From contig JALOBE010000005.1 in the NCBI GenBank assembly GCA_023228425.1, positions 30,986 to 94,985 of the forward strand: DNA of 64,000 nucleotides, in the 5' to 3' direction. The translations under genes and the position numbers were made by a program. This document shows, piece after piece, positions 8,393 through 19,287 of the stretch; position 1 is the stretch's first letter; the number at the start of each line of letters is the position of its first letter. This stretch comes from Syntrophales bacterium. Lineage in GTDB: Bacteria > Desulfobacterota > Syntrophia > Syntrophales > UBA2210. The notes below the pieces were generated by a model, which searched no databases, was not told where the DNA came from, and saw only the letters and a list, made by a program, of their open reading frames with translations.

Positions 8393-10945
8393 ATGAGGCA
8401 GGAGCGTTACAGGGTCTGCATAACCGGCATGGGAGTGCTGTCGTCAATCGGGCTCAACAGAGGCGAAGTAAAGGAAGCCCTTCTTGCGGGGAAAGGGGGG
8501 ATAAAAAAGGGGATCCGTTTCAGTGATGCTTTCAACAATGCCTATTGTGCTGAAGTGGATGATTCCGGGGTTATAATAGAATCCTTGCCGGGTGACCTTG
8601 AGAAGAACATGGGGAGGTGTTCTTGCTGGGGATGGCGGGTGGTGAAAGAGGCAATCGATGATGCTTCCCTGAGTGAGGTTGATGTGGAACAGTCCTGCCT
8701 GCTTGTGGGGATGTCTGCAAATGAAGATGAAATGCTTCTGCTTTCCGCCGACGAGGAAAACTCTTACAGCAAAACAGTTCTCTCAGGGAATTTTTCTTCA
8801 ATTTCCAACATACTTGCTTACATGTTCGGCATACGGGGAGGCTCAACTCTTATTACAACAGCCTGCACCTCAAGCAGCAATGCTCTTGGTTATGCCTTTG
8901 ATCTTATTCAGGGAAATAAAACACAGGTTGCTATCGTGGTTTCTGCAGAACCCATCTCATGGCCTGTTTGCGTAGGTTTTCAAAAACTTAAGAACATAGC
9001 CAGGGAAGCCTGCTCCCCATTTTCGGGTGAAAGCGGCATGTCTTTAGGAGAGGCCGCCGGATGTTTAATAGTTGAGAAATATGAACACGCCACAGCGCGG
9101 AGGGCAAAGATATACGGTGAAATAGTGGGCTATTCCGCTACCTGTGACGCCTATCACGAAACAGCCCCTGATCCTAAAGGAGAAGCGGGCGTACAAGCCG
9201 CCCGCAGAGCCCTCGCCATGGCGTCACTTCAACCGAACGAGATCGAATACATCAACGCCCACGGTACGGGGACTGAACTCAATGACAAAGTGGAAGCATT
9301 GATATTGCAGAAAGTATTTCCAAACATAGTCGATATTCCGATTAGCTCGCTGAAGTCATATCTTGGTCACATGATCGGGTCCACGGGAGTCGTGGAGATT
9401 TTATGTAGCCTCCTGACACTTCCCGGCGGAACTGTTCTACCTACGATCAACTTTAGTGTGCCTCGGCGTGGATGCGACTTCCTGCATCATGTTCCCAATA
9501 TCCCCATGAAAAAAAAGGTAAGCTTATTTATGAGCAACAACTATGCCTTCGGTGGAAATAACTGTTCGATGGTGATTTCCTGCAATCCTGGGAGAACAAG
9601 GCCCTCATATTACAAGAAACAGCGTATTGCCGTCACAGGTATAGGCATTGTTACCGGGGGTATCGACACATGGGATCGATTTCTCATCATACACAAGACG
9701 GCCAGTAAGTCTGAAATGGTTGAAGCAGGTGGTTCGGGCAGTGAGAAGCAACTTTCGGATGAACAAAAAAATCGTATCACATCCTATATGTTGAGTGACG
9801 GAAGCTTACTGAATCGGATCATGAGATCTCTTCCCCCGCGACGTGCTTATAGGGTTCATAAAGTAAACGACGTTTCTCCAAGGAAGTATCTGCGCAACTA
9901 TGACGAGCGAAAATCAAATCGAATCACCGATTTTGCGGCAATTGCCATGAAACAAGCCATGAAACAGGGTTTTCTTGACATGGAGAAACATGAGCGGGAT
10001 GAAGGGGGAATTATACTGGGCATTTCAGGAGGACCAAAATCGACAGTAACTGCATTTATGGATAGTATCTACCGAGATTTAAATAAAACTAAGACGAAAC
10101 TCTTCCCTATGACTCTCCGCAGTTTCTCCACTACACGATGCGCGACCCTGGGAAAGCTGAGAGGATATAATTCTACGATTTCTAATGGTTTTTGCTCTTC
10201 GATGGCAGCACTTTTTCATGGATGTGAAATAATTCGCCAAGATATTCAAAGCTACATGATCGTCGGTGGAGCCGACGAGTTCGCAGAGACAGCCTGGTTC
10301 TACATTCATTCCGAACTGGGGTTTGTTGACTGGTCCGTCGATATTGACCGCTTCTCCGTCTACAGTACCTGTGGCAAGGGTTTCTATCCCGGAGAGGGTG
10401 CTTGTGAGTTGCTCATTGAACCAATGGAAAAAGCGAAAATGCGAGGTGCTGTAATCTACGCGGAAATAGCCGGTTACGGTCAGTCCTGCGACGGGACCCT
10501 TTTCCCGGAACTCGACCGGTCGGGGGAATCCTTAGCGTCGGCCATATGGCGAGCCTTGGAAGAATCTCAACTGTCTGTCGACGATATTGATGCAGTCTAT
10601 GGTACAAGTTGGGGATCTGATAGCATTAATCAGAAGGAAACGGCAGCTCTAAACAAAATATTCGGGGAAAGAAGACGGAAAATACCGGTATCCAACACCA
10701 ACGGCTATTATGGTTTTATCGAATCATCAAGCGGGACGTTGAGTGTTGCATCTGCCATCGCAAGTATTGCCGAGCAGATCGTTTATCCGATTCCACGGGG
10801 CGGTGATAGTGTGCCACCGAGAGGTCTTTTCTTTGTTACAGGGAAACCCTTGCACACAAAAATTCGAAACGTCTTGGTTCTGGCCTCATCGGAGTACGGT
10901 TCAAATTATGCAGTTATTGTTAAAAATGCGGCTGATAATGATTGA
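8393..10945 (+). CDS. Fused beta-ketoacyl synthase didomain (catalytic KS plus KS-beta/CLF-like half)
   Basis: The N half has the Cys-His-His triad (TTACTSSSNALG, NAHGTGTELND, SYLGHMIGSTG). The C half (from about aa 415, RIAVTGIGIV) keeps a Cys (NGFCSSMAAL), but both His positions are lost (YGTSWGSDS, GYYGFIESSSG). Confidence 0.85.
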   Translation: MRQERYRVCITGMGVLSSIGLNRGEVKEALLAGKGGIKKGIRFSDAFNNAYCAEVDDSGVIIESLPGDLEKNMGRCSCWGWRVVKEAIDDASLSEVDVEQSCLLVGMSANEDEMLLLSADEENSYSKTVLSGNFSSISNILAYMFGIRGGSTLITTACTSSSNALGYAFDLIQGNKTQVAIVVSAEPISWPVCVGFQKLKNIAREACSPFSGESGMSLGEAAGCLIVEKYEHATARRAKIYGEIVGYSATCDAYHETAPDPKGEAGVQAARRALAMASLQPNEIEYINAHGTGTELNDKVEALILQKVFPNIVDIPISSLKSYLGHMIGSTGVVEILCSLLTLPGGTVLPTINFSVPRRGCDFLHHVPNIPMKKKVSLFMSNNYAFGGNNCSMVISCNPGRTRPSYYKKQRIAVTGIGIVTGGIDTWDRFLIIHKTASKSEMVEAGGSGSEKQLSDEQKNRITSYMLSDGSLLNRIMRSLPPRRAYRVHKVNDVSPRKYLRNYDERKSNRITDFAAIAMKQAMKQGFLDMEKHERDEGGIILGISGGPKSTVTAFMDSIYRDLNKTKTKLFPMTLRSFSTTRCATLGKLRGYNSTISNGFCSSMAALFHGCEIIRQDIQSYMIVGGADEFAETAWFYIHSELGFVDWSVDIDRFSVYSTCGKGFYPGEGACELLIEPMEKAKMRGAVIYAEIAGYGQSCDGTLFPELDRSGESLASAIWRALEESQLSVDDIDAVYGTSWGSDSINQKETAALNKIFGERRRKIPVSNTNGYYGFIESSSGTLSVASAIASIAEQIVYPIPRGGDSVPPRGLFFVTGKPLHTKIRNVLVLASSEYGSNYAVIVKNAADND

Positions 10946-10976
10946 TGACACGTAAACGTCGAAAACCTCCGGTGCA

Positions 10977-11130
10977 GAACGGCTTCGTAAAAAATTGCGG
11001 GACAAGGTGCGCACATCACGAAAAAGAGACACACTTGCGGAGCGTTGCAGTGGCGAGGAATGCAGCCTGATCAGGCTCTGACTTTTTGCATCGCCGTAAT
11101 GGTTGATATCCATAACGAACAAGGCCCGTC
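10977..11130. repeat. MITE-like repeat, family 1 (divergent copy), in the only large gap of the lipid cluster
   Basis: Starts GAACGGCTTCGTAAAAA and ends ACGAACAAGGCCCGTC. The interior aligns in blocks with the 56995-57148 copy in reverse orientation. Length is 154 bp, as for other copies. Confidence 0.6.
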
Positions 11131-11152
11131 GAAAACATAACGGTGAAACGGC

Positions 11153-11833
11153 ATGAAAAATCTGGTGCACCTCGAGAATGTAAAAAAGATGTATTGTGTT
11201 AATGGTGTGGAAACGCCTGCACTGGTAGACGTGAACATTATCATTTCGAGTGGTGATTTCTGCGCGATTGCCGGTCCATCAGGAAGCGGTAAGACCACGC
11301 TGCTGAACATCATCGGCTGTTTGGACAGGCCGACGAGCGGCAGCGTTTCGCTGATGGGAAGCTCTGTAAAAAATTTATCCGACGGCCGATTGTCCCGCTT
11401 GAGGGCTGAGAAATTAGGTTTCGTCTTTCAGTTCTTCAATCTGATCCAGTCGCTTAGTGTCATTGAAAACGTAGAGTATCCCCTCCTTATAAACAAGATA
11501 CCCCGTAAAGAAGCAAGAAACCTTGCCATGCTGTCTCTTGAGGATGTTGGACTTTTTTCGTTCGCAAAGTATAGACCGAACCAGCTTTCCGGAGGCCAAC
11601 AGCAGCGAGTAGCCATTGCCAGGGCCCTTGTAAAACAACCTCTCATTGTGCTGGCCGATGAGCCGACTGGAAATCTCGATTCCTGGAACAGCGGGGCCGT
11701 AATGGACCTGATGTTCGAAATGGCCGAAAGAAACCGGAATAGCTTCATTATTTCTACCCATGATGTCGACCTCTTTGAAAAATGTCCAAAGAGAATACGA
11801 ATCATTGATGGGAGGGTAGTGCATGCGAACTAA
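11153..11833 (+). CDS. ABC transporter ATP-binding protein (LolD/MacB-type)
   Basis: Walker [10 protein letters not shown], signature [15 protein letters not shown], Walker [11 protein letters not shown]. Confidence 0.9.
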   Translation: MKNLVHLENVKKMYCVNGVETPALVDVNIIISSGDFCAIAGPSGSGKTTLLNIIGCLDRPTSGSVSLMGSSVKNLSDGRLSRLRAEKLGFVFQFFNLIQSLSVIENVEYPLLINKIPRKEARNLAMLSLEDVGLFSFAKYRPNQLSGGQQQRVAIARALVKQPLIVLADEPTGNLDSWNSGAVMDLMFEMAERNRNSFIISTHDVDLFEKCPKRIRIIDGRVVHAN

Positions 11834-12560
11834 TTACAGGAAACTCCTGCATCTGTCATATGTGGTTCTTGTTCTGTGTTCTTGCTGTGGAGATACTGCA
11901 ACAATAAAAGTCACCGATGCCGAGATGGCCTGCTTCAGAGAAGCAGTCATGAGAGATTACAGCAATCATCCTGGTGAGCCGGACAGTATGTTCAATTATG
12001 CTGTTCTGAAAATGATTGACTCACCATCTGCGTCTGATCTGCGGGAAGCAATTATGTGCTTTGATGAGTACCTCAGGAAAAACCCGGGGGATCTATACGC
12101 ACAAATGGGTAAAGGATATGCATCGGTAATGCTTGCTAATCTCTATTTAGTTCTGAAAAACTACTTCAAGGCGGCTGAACATTCCAAGCTCGGATTCTAT
12201 CTGATGGACGAAGCTGTCGAACAGGAACCAGACAATCTGTCGCTACGGTTTATGCGGGCTCGTTTTGATGCCCAAGCACCTCGAAAAGTGGGACGTTACG
12301 TGGTGGCAATAAAGGACTTGAAATACCTTCTGGATAACAAAGACAGACTGACAGAGGGCATAGATCAAATCTGTATGTTTTTGCTCGCAAAAGCATTATT
12401 CCTTTCGGGTGACGAGGAAAAAGCAAGGAGACAATTGGGCGATCTCAGGATTGCCTACCCTCATGACCCCATGTCTTCAATGTCCTTGGAACAGGAAATC
12501 CTTATTTCAGAAATCGAACTTCGATCAATGTTACGGTCTCCGTGGTCAGAAGGGAACTGA
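11823..12560 (+). CDS. Probable lipoprotein/exported helical-repeat (TPR-like) protein
   Basis: N-terminal hydrophobic segment ending VLCSCCGD (lipobox-like). The rest is helical-repeat-like. Overlaps the ABC ATPase stop by 11 nt. Confidence 0.5.
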   Translation: MRTNYRKLLHLSYVVLVLCSCCGDTATIKVTDAEMACFREAVMRDYSNHPGEPDSMFNYAVLKMIDSPSASDLREAIMCFDEYLRKNPGDLYAQMGKGYASVMLANLYLVLKNYFKAAEHSKLGFYLMDEAVEQEPDNLSLRFMRARFDAQAPRKVGRYVVAIKDLKYLLDNKDRLTEGIDQICMFLLAKALFLSGDEEKARRQLGDLRIAYPHDPMSSMSLEQEILISEIELRSMLRSPWSEGN

Positions 12561-12561
12561 C

Positions 12562-13869
12562 ATGATTTCCTGTCTTTTGATCACCGTTATTTGCAGTCTT
12601 TTTGTTTTTTCGCTTCTTACCAGGAGACATGATGTAAAGCAGGCCCTTTTCAATGTATTAAGACACAGAAGAAGAACAGCGATGACATTGGCAGCTATTG
12701 TTATCGGCGGTGCGTCATTATTCATTTTCGGAGGGTTCTTCAATTACAATCTCTGGTCCTATAGAGAAGTCACTATACGCGGTGACTTGGGCCATATCCA
12801 GCTCTACAGAAAAGGCTATCTTGGGTCGGGTGTTTCAAGCCCGCTGAAGTATGGAATATCAGACTACAAAAAAGTAGCTAGTCTGCTTCGAAGAGATGAC
12901 GAGATTGGAAACCACATAAAAGCCATTGTGGGCCAGATAGGATTTTCAGGCATATTATCAAACTACGAAAAGGGGACATCTTCCAATTTCATAGGTCTCG
13001 GAATCGAACCGGCCAGTAGTGTATCATTGGGGTTTCTGGATACGGTAACGCTGGGAAGTGATCTTTCAGACTTTGACAAAGGGGGTGTTGTTATTGGGAC
13101 GGGCCTTCTCCATGCCTTGAAATCAGACTACGACGACCATAACGACGTTCTCGTCATCAATAAACACGGAGGCCAGGATGCCATGTCAGTCCGCATTCGA
13201 GGGGTCTTTCAAAGCGGTCTCAAGTTGAGGGATGACGCAACGATGAAGATGCCTCTCAAGACAGCGCAACGTCTGCTTGGAACTGAGGATGTCAGCAAGG
13301 TTACCATACTGCTTGATGACACGAATATGACGGATATCGTGGCTGATCGTGTTAAGAAAATCATAAGACAAAACGGTCTGGACCTGGAAATGAATACATG
13401 GCCCGAAGAAGCCGTAATGTATAAGCAGATTGTTACAAATTATAACGGAATATTTTTCTTCATCAAGGTGGTTATGGCTATCATCGTGGCATTTTTTATA
13501 GCAAACACCTTGATGATCAACGTGGTTGAGAGAACACGAGAGATCGGGATGATCAGGGCTATGGGAGCAACCCGGGCAACGGTCTGGAACCTTCTGTTTC
13601 TAGAAGGCTTCTGCATGGGTTTGATCGGCGGCCTGCTGAGCATTGGAACCGGCTGGATAATTGCTGTGCTGGTCAACATCCATGGGATACCCATGCCCCC
13701 AGCACCTGGTCAGACCTTGGGATACACCGCATTCATAAGAATGGAGGGAGCCATGGATATAGTTTGGTTCACCTTTTCACTTTCCATGATCACCTCTTTT
13801 TTTGCCTCCATTCTTCCAGCTTTCAAGGCATCACAAATGATTGTTGTGGATGCCTTGAGGCATGTGTGA
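12562..13869 (+). CDS. ABC transporter permease, FtsX/LolCE/MacB-type
   Basis: Starts at ATG 12562, 2 nt after the preceding stop; the track start 12409 is an upstream extension. N-terminal TM, large periplasmic domain, C-terminal three-TM FtsX block (REIGMIRAMGATR). Confidence 0.85.
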   Translation: MISCLLITVICSLFVFSLLTRRHDVKQALFNVLRHRRRTAMTLAAIVIGGASLFIFGGFFNYNLWSYREVTIRGDLGHIQLYRKGYLGSGVSSPLKYGISDYKKVASLLRRDDEIGNHIKAIVGQIGFSGILSNYEKGTSSNFIGLGIEPASSVSLGFLDTVTLGSDLSDFDKGGVVIGTGLLHALKSDYDDHNDVLVINKHGGQDAMSVRIRGVFQSGLKLRDDATMKMPLKTAQRLLGTEDVSKVTILLDDTNMTDIVADRVKKIIRQNGLDLEMNTWPEEAVMYKQIVTNYNGIFFFIKVVMAIIVAFFIANTLMINVVERTREIGMIRAMGATRATVWNLLFLEGFCMGLIGGLLSIGTGWIIAVLVNIHGIPMPPAPGQTLGYTAFIRMEGAMDIVWFTFSLSMITSFFASILPAFKASQMIVVDALRHV

Positions 13870-13881
13870 TCGGGGAAGTCT

Positions 13882-14874
13882 ATGGAAAATTCAGGAGATA
13901 CCAGTAAAAAATATTATCAGTTTTTTCAGGATGATATTGAAAACATCCTTGTTGTGGGAGCGGGAACCATGGGTTTGCAGATGGCCATACAGTGCGCCGT
14001 GAGTGGGTGTTCAGTCAATGTATATGACCTACATGGTGATATCCTTTCGAAGGCATACGAAAAAATAGAAGATCACGGGAAGCGGATGGTCCATGGCGGT
14101 TATCGGACTTTAAGCGAGGTGAGAGATGGATTGCGCAGGATTACACTCTTCGACAGCTTGGATTCTGCAACGAAGGGAATAGATATGGTTAGTGAATCGG
14201 TGACAGAGGACCCTCAAGTCAAAAAGCAGCTTTTCACGCTGTTGAGTGAGGCTTGTTCGCCGAAAGTCATTCTCACTACGAACACATCCACCTTTACACC
14301 ATCCATGTTTGTTAAGGTGATCCGTTATCCAAAAATGTTCGCGGCTTTCCATTGCCACCCTCCACTATGGACAACTCGGATCGTCGATATAATGCCACAT
14401 CCCATGACAAGTTCCGGGGTCGTTCAAAGCCTCACGACGCTCGCAGAGAGGATGGGGATGATTCCTCTGCTGCTCGGCAAGGAAACCAGCGGTTATATCT
14501 ACAACAGTATGCTGAATGCTCTTTTAAAGCAGGCGCTCACATTGAAGATTACAAATGTTTCGTCAGTTCGTGACATAGACAGGGCGTGGATGGGAATAAC
14601 CGGAATGACCATGGGCCCCTTCGGAATAATGGATATGATTGGAATAGACACTGTTTGTCACGTAGTCGAATTCTGGGCTCTAAGAAAAAATGACGACGTT
14701 TTACGGGCATGCGCACTGTATCTGAAACAAGAATATCTCGACAAGGGGTATGCTGGGGTCAAGACGAAAGCTGGGTTTTATCGGTATCCAAATGCAGACT
14801 TTATGGACCCGGAATTCCTGGAAGGCACCCGCATAAAGAGTCCTCGGGAGGTGAGTACAGATGGGGCATTATAG
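13882..14874 (+). CDS. 3-hydroxyacyl-CoA dehydrogenase family protein
   Basis: NAD-binding VVGAGTMGLQMA at the N terminus and an HADH C-terminal domain (GFYRYP). Confidence 0.8.
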   Translation: MENSGDTSKKYYQFFQDDIENILVVGAGTMGLQMAIQCAVSGCSVNVYDLHGDILSKAYEKIEDHGKRMVHGGYRTLSEVRDGLRRITLFDSLDSATKGIDMVSESVTEDPQVKKQLFTLLSEACSPKVILTTNTSTFTPSMFVKVIRYPKMFAAFHCHPPLWTTRIVDIMPHPMTSSGVVQSLTTLAERMGMIPLLLGKETSGYIYNSMLNALLKQALTLKITNVSSVRDIDRAWMGITGMTMGPFGIMDMIGIDTVCHVVEFWALRKNDDVLRACALYLKQEYLDKGYAGVKTKAGFYRYPNADFMDPEFLEGTRIKSPREVSTDGAL

Positions 14875-15619
14875 TGATCTTAAAAACAGGGTGGTGGTGG
14901 TTACCGGAGGTAGCGGAGATCTCGGAGAAGCACTGTGCCGCGAGATGTCCCGGCAGGGATGCATTGTCTACCTGACCTACAAGGCATCTCAGTCGAGGGC
15001 TGAAGACATAGTCGGAGGCATACAAACCCGGGGAGGCCGATCAAAGGCAGTGTATTGTGATGTTACAAGCAGATCCCACGTGGAGGATGTTGTCGATGGT
15101 ATTGTCAGTGAAGAAGGAGCGATCGATGTACTTATTAACAATGCAGGTATTTGTCGGGACAATCTGTTCCTTTTAATGAAGGATTATGAGTTCAACGAAG
15201 TTATACGAACCAACTTGTATGGTGTCTATAATGTCACCAAATCGGTGAGCAGCCATATGTCAAGACGGCAATCCGGCGTCATCATAAACATATCGTCGTT
15301 GTCCGGTCTTGTTCCGGCTTTCGGGCAACTGAACTACAGTGCTTCCAAGGGAGCAGTCATCTCCTTGAGCAGGGTTCTGGCAATTGAGCTGGCACATAAC
15401 GGTATACGAGTGAATACTATTGCTCCGGGTTTCTTTGAATCTGCGATGACCAAGCGAGTTCCCCGAGACATTTTGAAACAGACAATACGGGCTTCCGCAC
15501 TGAAAAGACTTGGTAAGGCCCATGAACTAGCTAAAGTTGCGGCATTTCTGGCATCCGAAGATGCCTCCTATATAACTGGACAGACCCTCGTCGTAGATGG
15601 GGGTCTCTATATGAAATAG
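14861..15619 (+). CDS. 3-oxoacyl-ACP reductase (FabG-like SDR)
   Basis: VVTGGSGDLGEA, NNAG, and YSASKGA (YxxxK). Overlaps the upstream gene by 14 nt. Confidence 0.85.
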   Translation: MGHYSDLKNRVVVVTGGSGDLGEALCREMSRQGCIVYLTYKASQSRAEDIVGGIQTRGGRSKAVYCDVTSRSHVEDVVDGIVSEEGAIDVLINNAGICRDNLFLLMKDYEFNEVIRTNLYGVYNVTKSVSSHMSRRQSGVIINISSLSGLVPAFGQLNYSASKGAVISLSRVLAIELAHNGIRVNTIAPGFFESAMTKRVPRDILKQTIRASALKRLGKAHELAKVAAFLASEDASYITGQTLVVDGGLYMK

Positions 15620-15631
15620 GATGGTTGAATC

Positions 15632-16306
15632 GTGTTTAAAAGAGGAGGAAGAGAACGGTCGATGATCGGCATGAGCGTAGTTTCCCAAGGGGCGGAGGAT
15701 GTACTGGGCTATCCGGAGCTGGTTTATCTTGGCGTGTGTGAGTATCCCCTGGCCATGGTTGATCGTATCACGGGCTTCATCAATGGCAAACGTCCGGTAC
15801 TAAAGGGGCTTAAAAATGTTTCCATCAATGAGCCCCATTTCAGGGGTCACTTTAAGAATTATCCCGTAATGCCGGGAAACTTGATAGCTGAATGCCTGGG
15901 GCAACTCAGCGGCTACCTACACTCTTTTCTAAAGTTTTCTGAAATTCTTGAGAAGGAAAGGGGGCTTTCTGTGGATAATGGGACAATTCTTTTTCCGGCC
16001 ATTCTGCAGAATCTGAAAAAGGTAAGTTGCTTACGAACTTCATACCGAGGCGGCCTTGCATCGCACAATGTCAAATATCGTCGGCCGGTCTTTCCTGGTG
16101 ATCAGCTATTGCTTCAGACTCAGCTGGTTCTCCAGGATCGGGGGTTCTTTCATCACACTGTTGAAGCGAATGTCGGTGGTATGCTCGTCGCTTCTGGGAC
16201 AATAGTCAATTTTTTCATCACGCCTCCAGAAGTGTCCAGTGCGGAAAGTGAGATCAATATCTATGGGATATTCAAGTCATTATCGGATATTAAGGATTCA
16301 TCGTAG
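15632..16306 (+). CDS. FabZ/FabA-like hot-dog dehydratase with an insertion
   Basis: HFRGHFKNYPVMPGNLIAECLGQ matches the FabZ HFxxxPxMPGvL motif. At 224 aa it is longer than canonical FabZ. Confidence 0.75.
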   Translation: MFKRGGRERSMIGMSVVSQGAEDVLGYPELVYLGVCEYPLAMVDRITGFINGKRPVLKGLKNVSINEPHFRGHFKNYPVMPGNLIAECLGQLSGYLHSFLKFSEILEKERGLSVDNGTILFPAILQNLKKVSCLRTSYRGGLASHNVKYRRPVFPGDQLLLQTQLVLQDRGFFHHTVEANVGGMLVASGTIVNFFITPPEVSSAESEINIYGIFKSLSDIKDSS

Positions 16307-17684
16307 CATTGTTCTCATACTTTTTTCTACTTTCTTCATTGTAGCAATCTCCGCCGACGCCAAACCCCTCTATCAAGAAACAAGAATCGAAGCCGGCATT
16401 GAAGGCCACTTTCTGACAATGAATCCGGCCTCACTCCTTAATCCCGATTTCGACTTCTTCGATCAAGCCAGTCGTCGCCATCTCTTCCTTCAGATGAGCA
16501 ATCGAATGTCAATGCATCAGAAGGTTTCAACAGTCATAATCCTTTTTGCAGAGGATGTAGGTGATAATCGCAGGCAATTTAATTTATCCAGGAGCGATAA
16601 AGATTATATCAATTTCATTCTTAAGGAGGCTTTTGTAAGCTTCATGGTAAACGAAGCCCTATTCCTCGATGTCGGGAAGATCGACATAAAATCCGGTGTC
16701 ACTTTTTTCAGGAATCCCGCCCAACTGATATCAAATCCTCTGCATCTGGCCCGCAAAGGCCGCATTTCCAACAGCGCGTCGGCACAGTCTGATCCTTACC
16801 GTGAAGGGTCGTTGATGTTTAAAACCGAGTATTATACTTCTAGTGGAACTTTCACCGCCGCATTTATTCCCAGAATCATCTCACCATCTGAAAAAGCAGA
16901 GATTACAGAACAAAATGTCTTGGAACGGGTGAATAGCAAGAACATGGGACTGCTCAAATGGAGACTCATGTCAACGGGTAATTTTAACCCCGAGCTTGTT
17001 CTTCTCATCGGGAACCGTGTCGGCGCAAGCGGGGCTTTGAGTGTTGAAAAAGGTTCTGTCATTTTTAACCTTGAGGGATCTCTTGCGAATCATTCCCCTG
17101 TCTGCATTACTTCAGAAGAAGCGCAAAATAAGATACGAACTTTTTCATTTCCCCTGCCGCCTGTGGAGAATTTCTTCATTCAAAGAGATTGTCAAGTCTT
17201 TTATATGGAAGCAATGGCAGGATTCAACTATCGAAACTTTAAGAGAAAATACAACATTATTGCCGAATACTATTACAACCAGGCGGGATTTTCGAGAAGC
17301 GAGTGGGAAGAGTATTTTTCGTTTTTGAATCTGCTCAATGACTACAGCAATCGGATTTCTCCTTTATATAAGAACGGCATCGGAATTTTCGCAGAAGAAA
17401 GTAGAAGACTGGCCTGTGAAAATGTCTTATCGGGACGTCACTACCTCTGCACGCGCCAAGAGATGGATGACCTGTTTCTGAAAGACGTATCGGTGTGCCT
17501 GAATTATATGATCAGTCTGAGCGACTTTAGCGGTCTGGTGGATGTTCATGCGGAATACCGGCTGAGTGGCAGAGGGTGGAAAATCCTTGCCGGTTACTGG
17601 ACTACCACTGGTGGAAGAGAAACAGAGTTCGGTGTCCAGATGGTTAAGAATGGAATCTACATGGGGGTGACCTATCTGTGGTGA
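16263..17684 (+). CDS. Putative outer-membrane beta-barrel protein
   Basis: Signal-like N terminus (IVLILFSTFFIVAISADA), alternating beta-strand-like composition, C-terminal ...GVTYLW aromatic terminus. No family recognised. Confidence 0.5.
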   Translation: MGYSSHYRILRIHRSIVLILFSTFFIVAISADAKPLYQETRIEAGIEGHFLTMNPASLLNPDFDFFDQASRRHLFLQMSNRMSMHQKVSTVIILFAEDVGDNRRQFNLSRSDKDYINFILKEAFVSFMVNEALFLDVGKIDIKSGVTFFRNPAQLISNPLHLARKGRISNSASAQSDPYREGSLMFKTEYYTSSGTFTAAFIPRIISPSEKAEITEQNVLERVNSKNMGLLKWRLMSTGNFNPELVLLIGNRVGASGALSVEKGSVIFNLEGSLANHSPVCITSEEAQNKIRTFSFPLPPVENFFIQRDCQVFYMEAMAGFNYRNFKRKYNIIAEYYYNQAGFSRSEWEEYFSFLNLLNDYSNRISPLYKNGIGIFAEESRRLACENVLSGRHYLCTRQEMDDLFLKDVSVCLNYMISLSDFSGLVDVHAEYRLSGRGWKILAGYWTTTGGRETEFGVQMVKNGIYMGVTYLW

Positions 17685-18400
17685 TATCCGTGAAGGAGGT
17701 TCAAAAATTACATTTTCGCCATTTTGTTTACGGGAAGGATCGGGTGAGAGCCCTTGCAGTCAATGATGTTCATCTTTGGACGATCCTTCTCAGCGGACTA
17801 AACGAGATGGAAAAATATGAAGGACTTCTGTCAAATAAGGACAAAAGGGAGAGCAATTTGATTGGCAGCGAGAGAAATCGTCGGCTTTTTGTCGCTGGGA
17901 GGGGTGTTCTGCGGACCCTGTTAGGCGAGTACATTCATGTAAGGCCGCAAAACGTTGAGATAGAAATAGATATCCGTGGCCATCAAAAGCTCTCTGAGTC
18001 TGTGAATAACGACGCTCTGTCCTTCAATCTTACACACTCAGGTAACATAATCCTTTGCGCCTTTGCGCGACAAGTCTCGCTCGGTGTTGATGTTCAGTAT
18101 GCCTACAAGGTGCCGGTTTGTGCCGACGCAGTGTTATCACGAGATGAAATACGACTTATCGCCCAGACGCCGGAATCGTTACAGACTGAAATGTTTCTGA
18201 GAATATGGACTCTGAAGGAGGCCTTTTTAAAAGCAACATCCCGAGGGCTTGAAGCCATCGATAGCGTTTCGGTTGTGCGGGGATGGAATTCGTCGACTCT
18301 GACAATCGAGACAAGGGGAACCCAAGCCTTCAGGGAATTTGAACTCTTCACATTCATACCCGGACTGAATTATTTTGCAACAGTGGTGGCAGGTTGGTGA
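17678..18400 (+). CDS. 4'-phosphopantetheinyl transferase (Sfp type)
   Basis: FNLTHSG, GVDV and WTLKEAFLKATSRGL motifs. The GTG start overlaps the preceding stop. Confidence 0.8.
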   Translation: MVISVKEVQKLHFRHFVYGKDRVRALAVNDVHLWTILLSGLNEMEKYEGLLSNKDKRESNLIGSERNRRLFVAGRGVLRTLLGEYIHVRPQNVEIEIDIRGHQKLSESVNNDALSFNLTHSGNIILCAFARQVSLGVDVQYAYKVPVCADAVLSRDEIRLIAQTPESLQTEMFLRIWTLKEAFLKATSRGLEAIDSVSVVRGWNSSTLTIETRGTQAFREFELFTFIPGLNYFATVVAGW

Positions 18401-18487
18401 AGCACTGAAAATGATCTTGGAATTGTTACAAGACAGGAGTTTGGCGTCATGATTTAATCAACAGAGAACAGAAGAGAGGATGGGACT

Positions 18488-19252
18488 ATGAAAACCATAG
18501 AAGGACTTGAAGGAAAGGTAGCTCTGATTACCGGTAGTTCCCGAGGAATAGGTGCTGCCATTGCGGATAAATTCTCAATCCATGGGGCCGACGTGGTTAT
18601 CCATCATCGCAGCGGCCGGGGCAAGGGTGCCAGCATGGCAAAAGCAGCAACTCAACGAATACGCGATCGAGGAGGAGTAGCTGAAGAATACATCGCCGAC
18701 ATATCAGTTGAGCGGGAAGTAGATGGCATGTTTAGCTTTGTGGCGAAACGTTTCGGCAAGGTGGACATACTTGTTCTCAATGCTGCAAATGCGGTGTTCA
18801 AGGAATTTAAAATCATGACCACAAGAGACTGGGATGTCCTCATAAACACCAATGTGATGGGAAATATCAACTGTGTCAGGAGGGCACTACCTCTTATGTG
18901 TGAAGGAGGAAATATCGTTTTTATCTCTAGCATGGGGAGTCGAATTCCAATGAAACGATATCCTCTTGGGCCCATGAAGGCTGCTCTTGAAAGCTTTGTC
19001 CGGCTTTGGGCGCTCGAATTCTTCCCACGAAAAATACGTGTTAATGCCATTTGTGGCGGTCTTGCCAATACTGACAGTATTCGTGCGGTAGGTCCGCTTT
19101 TATCCTCTTCAGCAATGTTACATCACGAGTTTCTTGTTCAGCCTGAGGAGATTGCCTCGGTTGCTGTGTTCCTTTGTTCGGCGGATGCTGTAGCTGTCAC
19201 AGGTGAAATTATCACCGTCGACAAGGGGCAATCGTTTGCATCATACCAATGA
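18488..19252 (+). CDS. SDR-family oxidoreductase (FabL/FabG-like; possible enoyl or ketoacyl reductase)
   Basis: ALITGSSRGIGAAIA, NAAN, and SSMGS...RYPLGPMKAALE, which resembles the FabL Y-x6-K region but is one residue shorter. Confidence 0.75.
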   Translation: MKTIEGLEGKVALITGSSRGIGAAIADKFSIHGADVVIHHRSGRGKGASMAKAATQRIRDRGGVAEEYIADISVEREVDGMFSFVAKRFGKVDILVLNAANAVFKEFKIMTTRDWDVLINTNVMGNINCVRRALPLMCEGGNIVFISSMGSRIPMKRYPLGPMKAALESFVRLWALEFFPRKIRVNAICGGLANTDSIRAVGPLLSSSAMLHHEFLVQPEEIASVAVFLCSADAVAVTGEIITVDKGQSFASYQ

Positions 19253-19287
19253 TAGGCCACTGTTTCTCCAGTAATGGTCCGGTGAGA

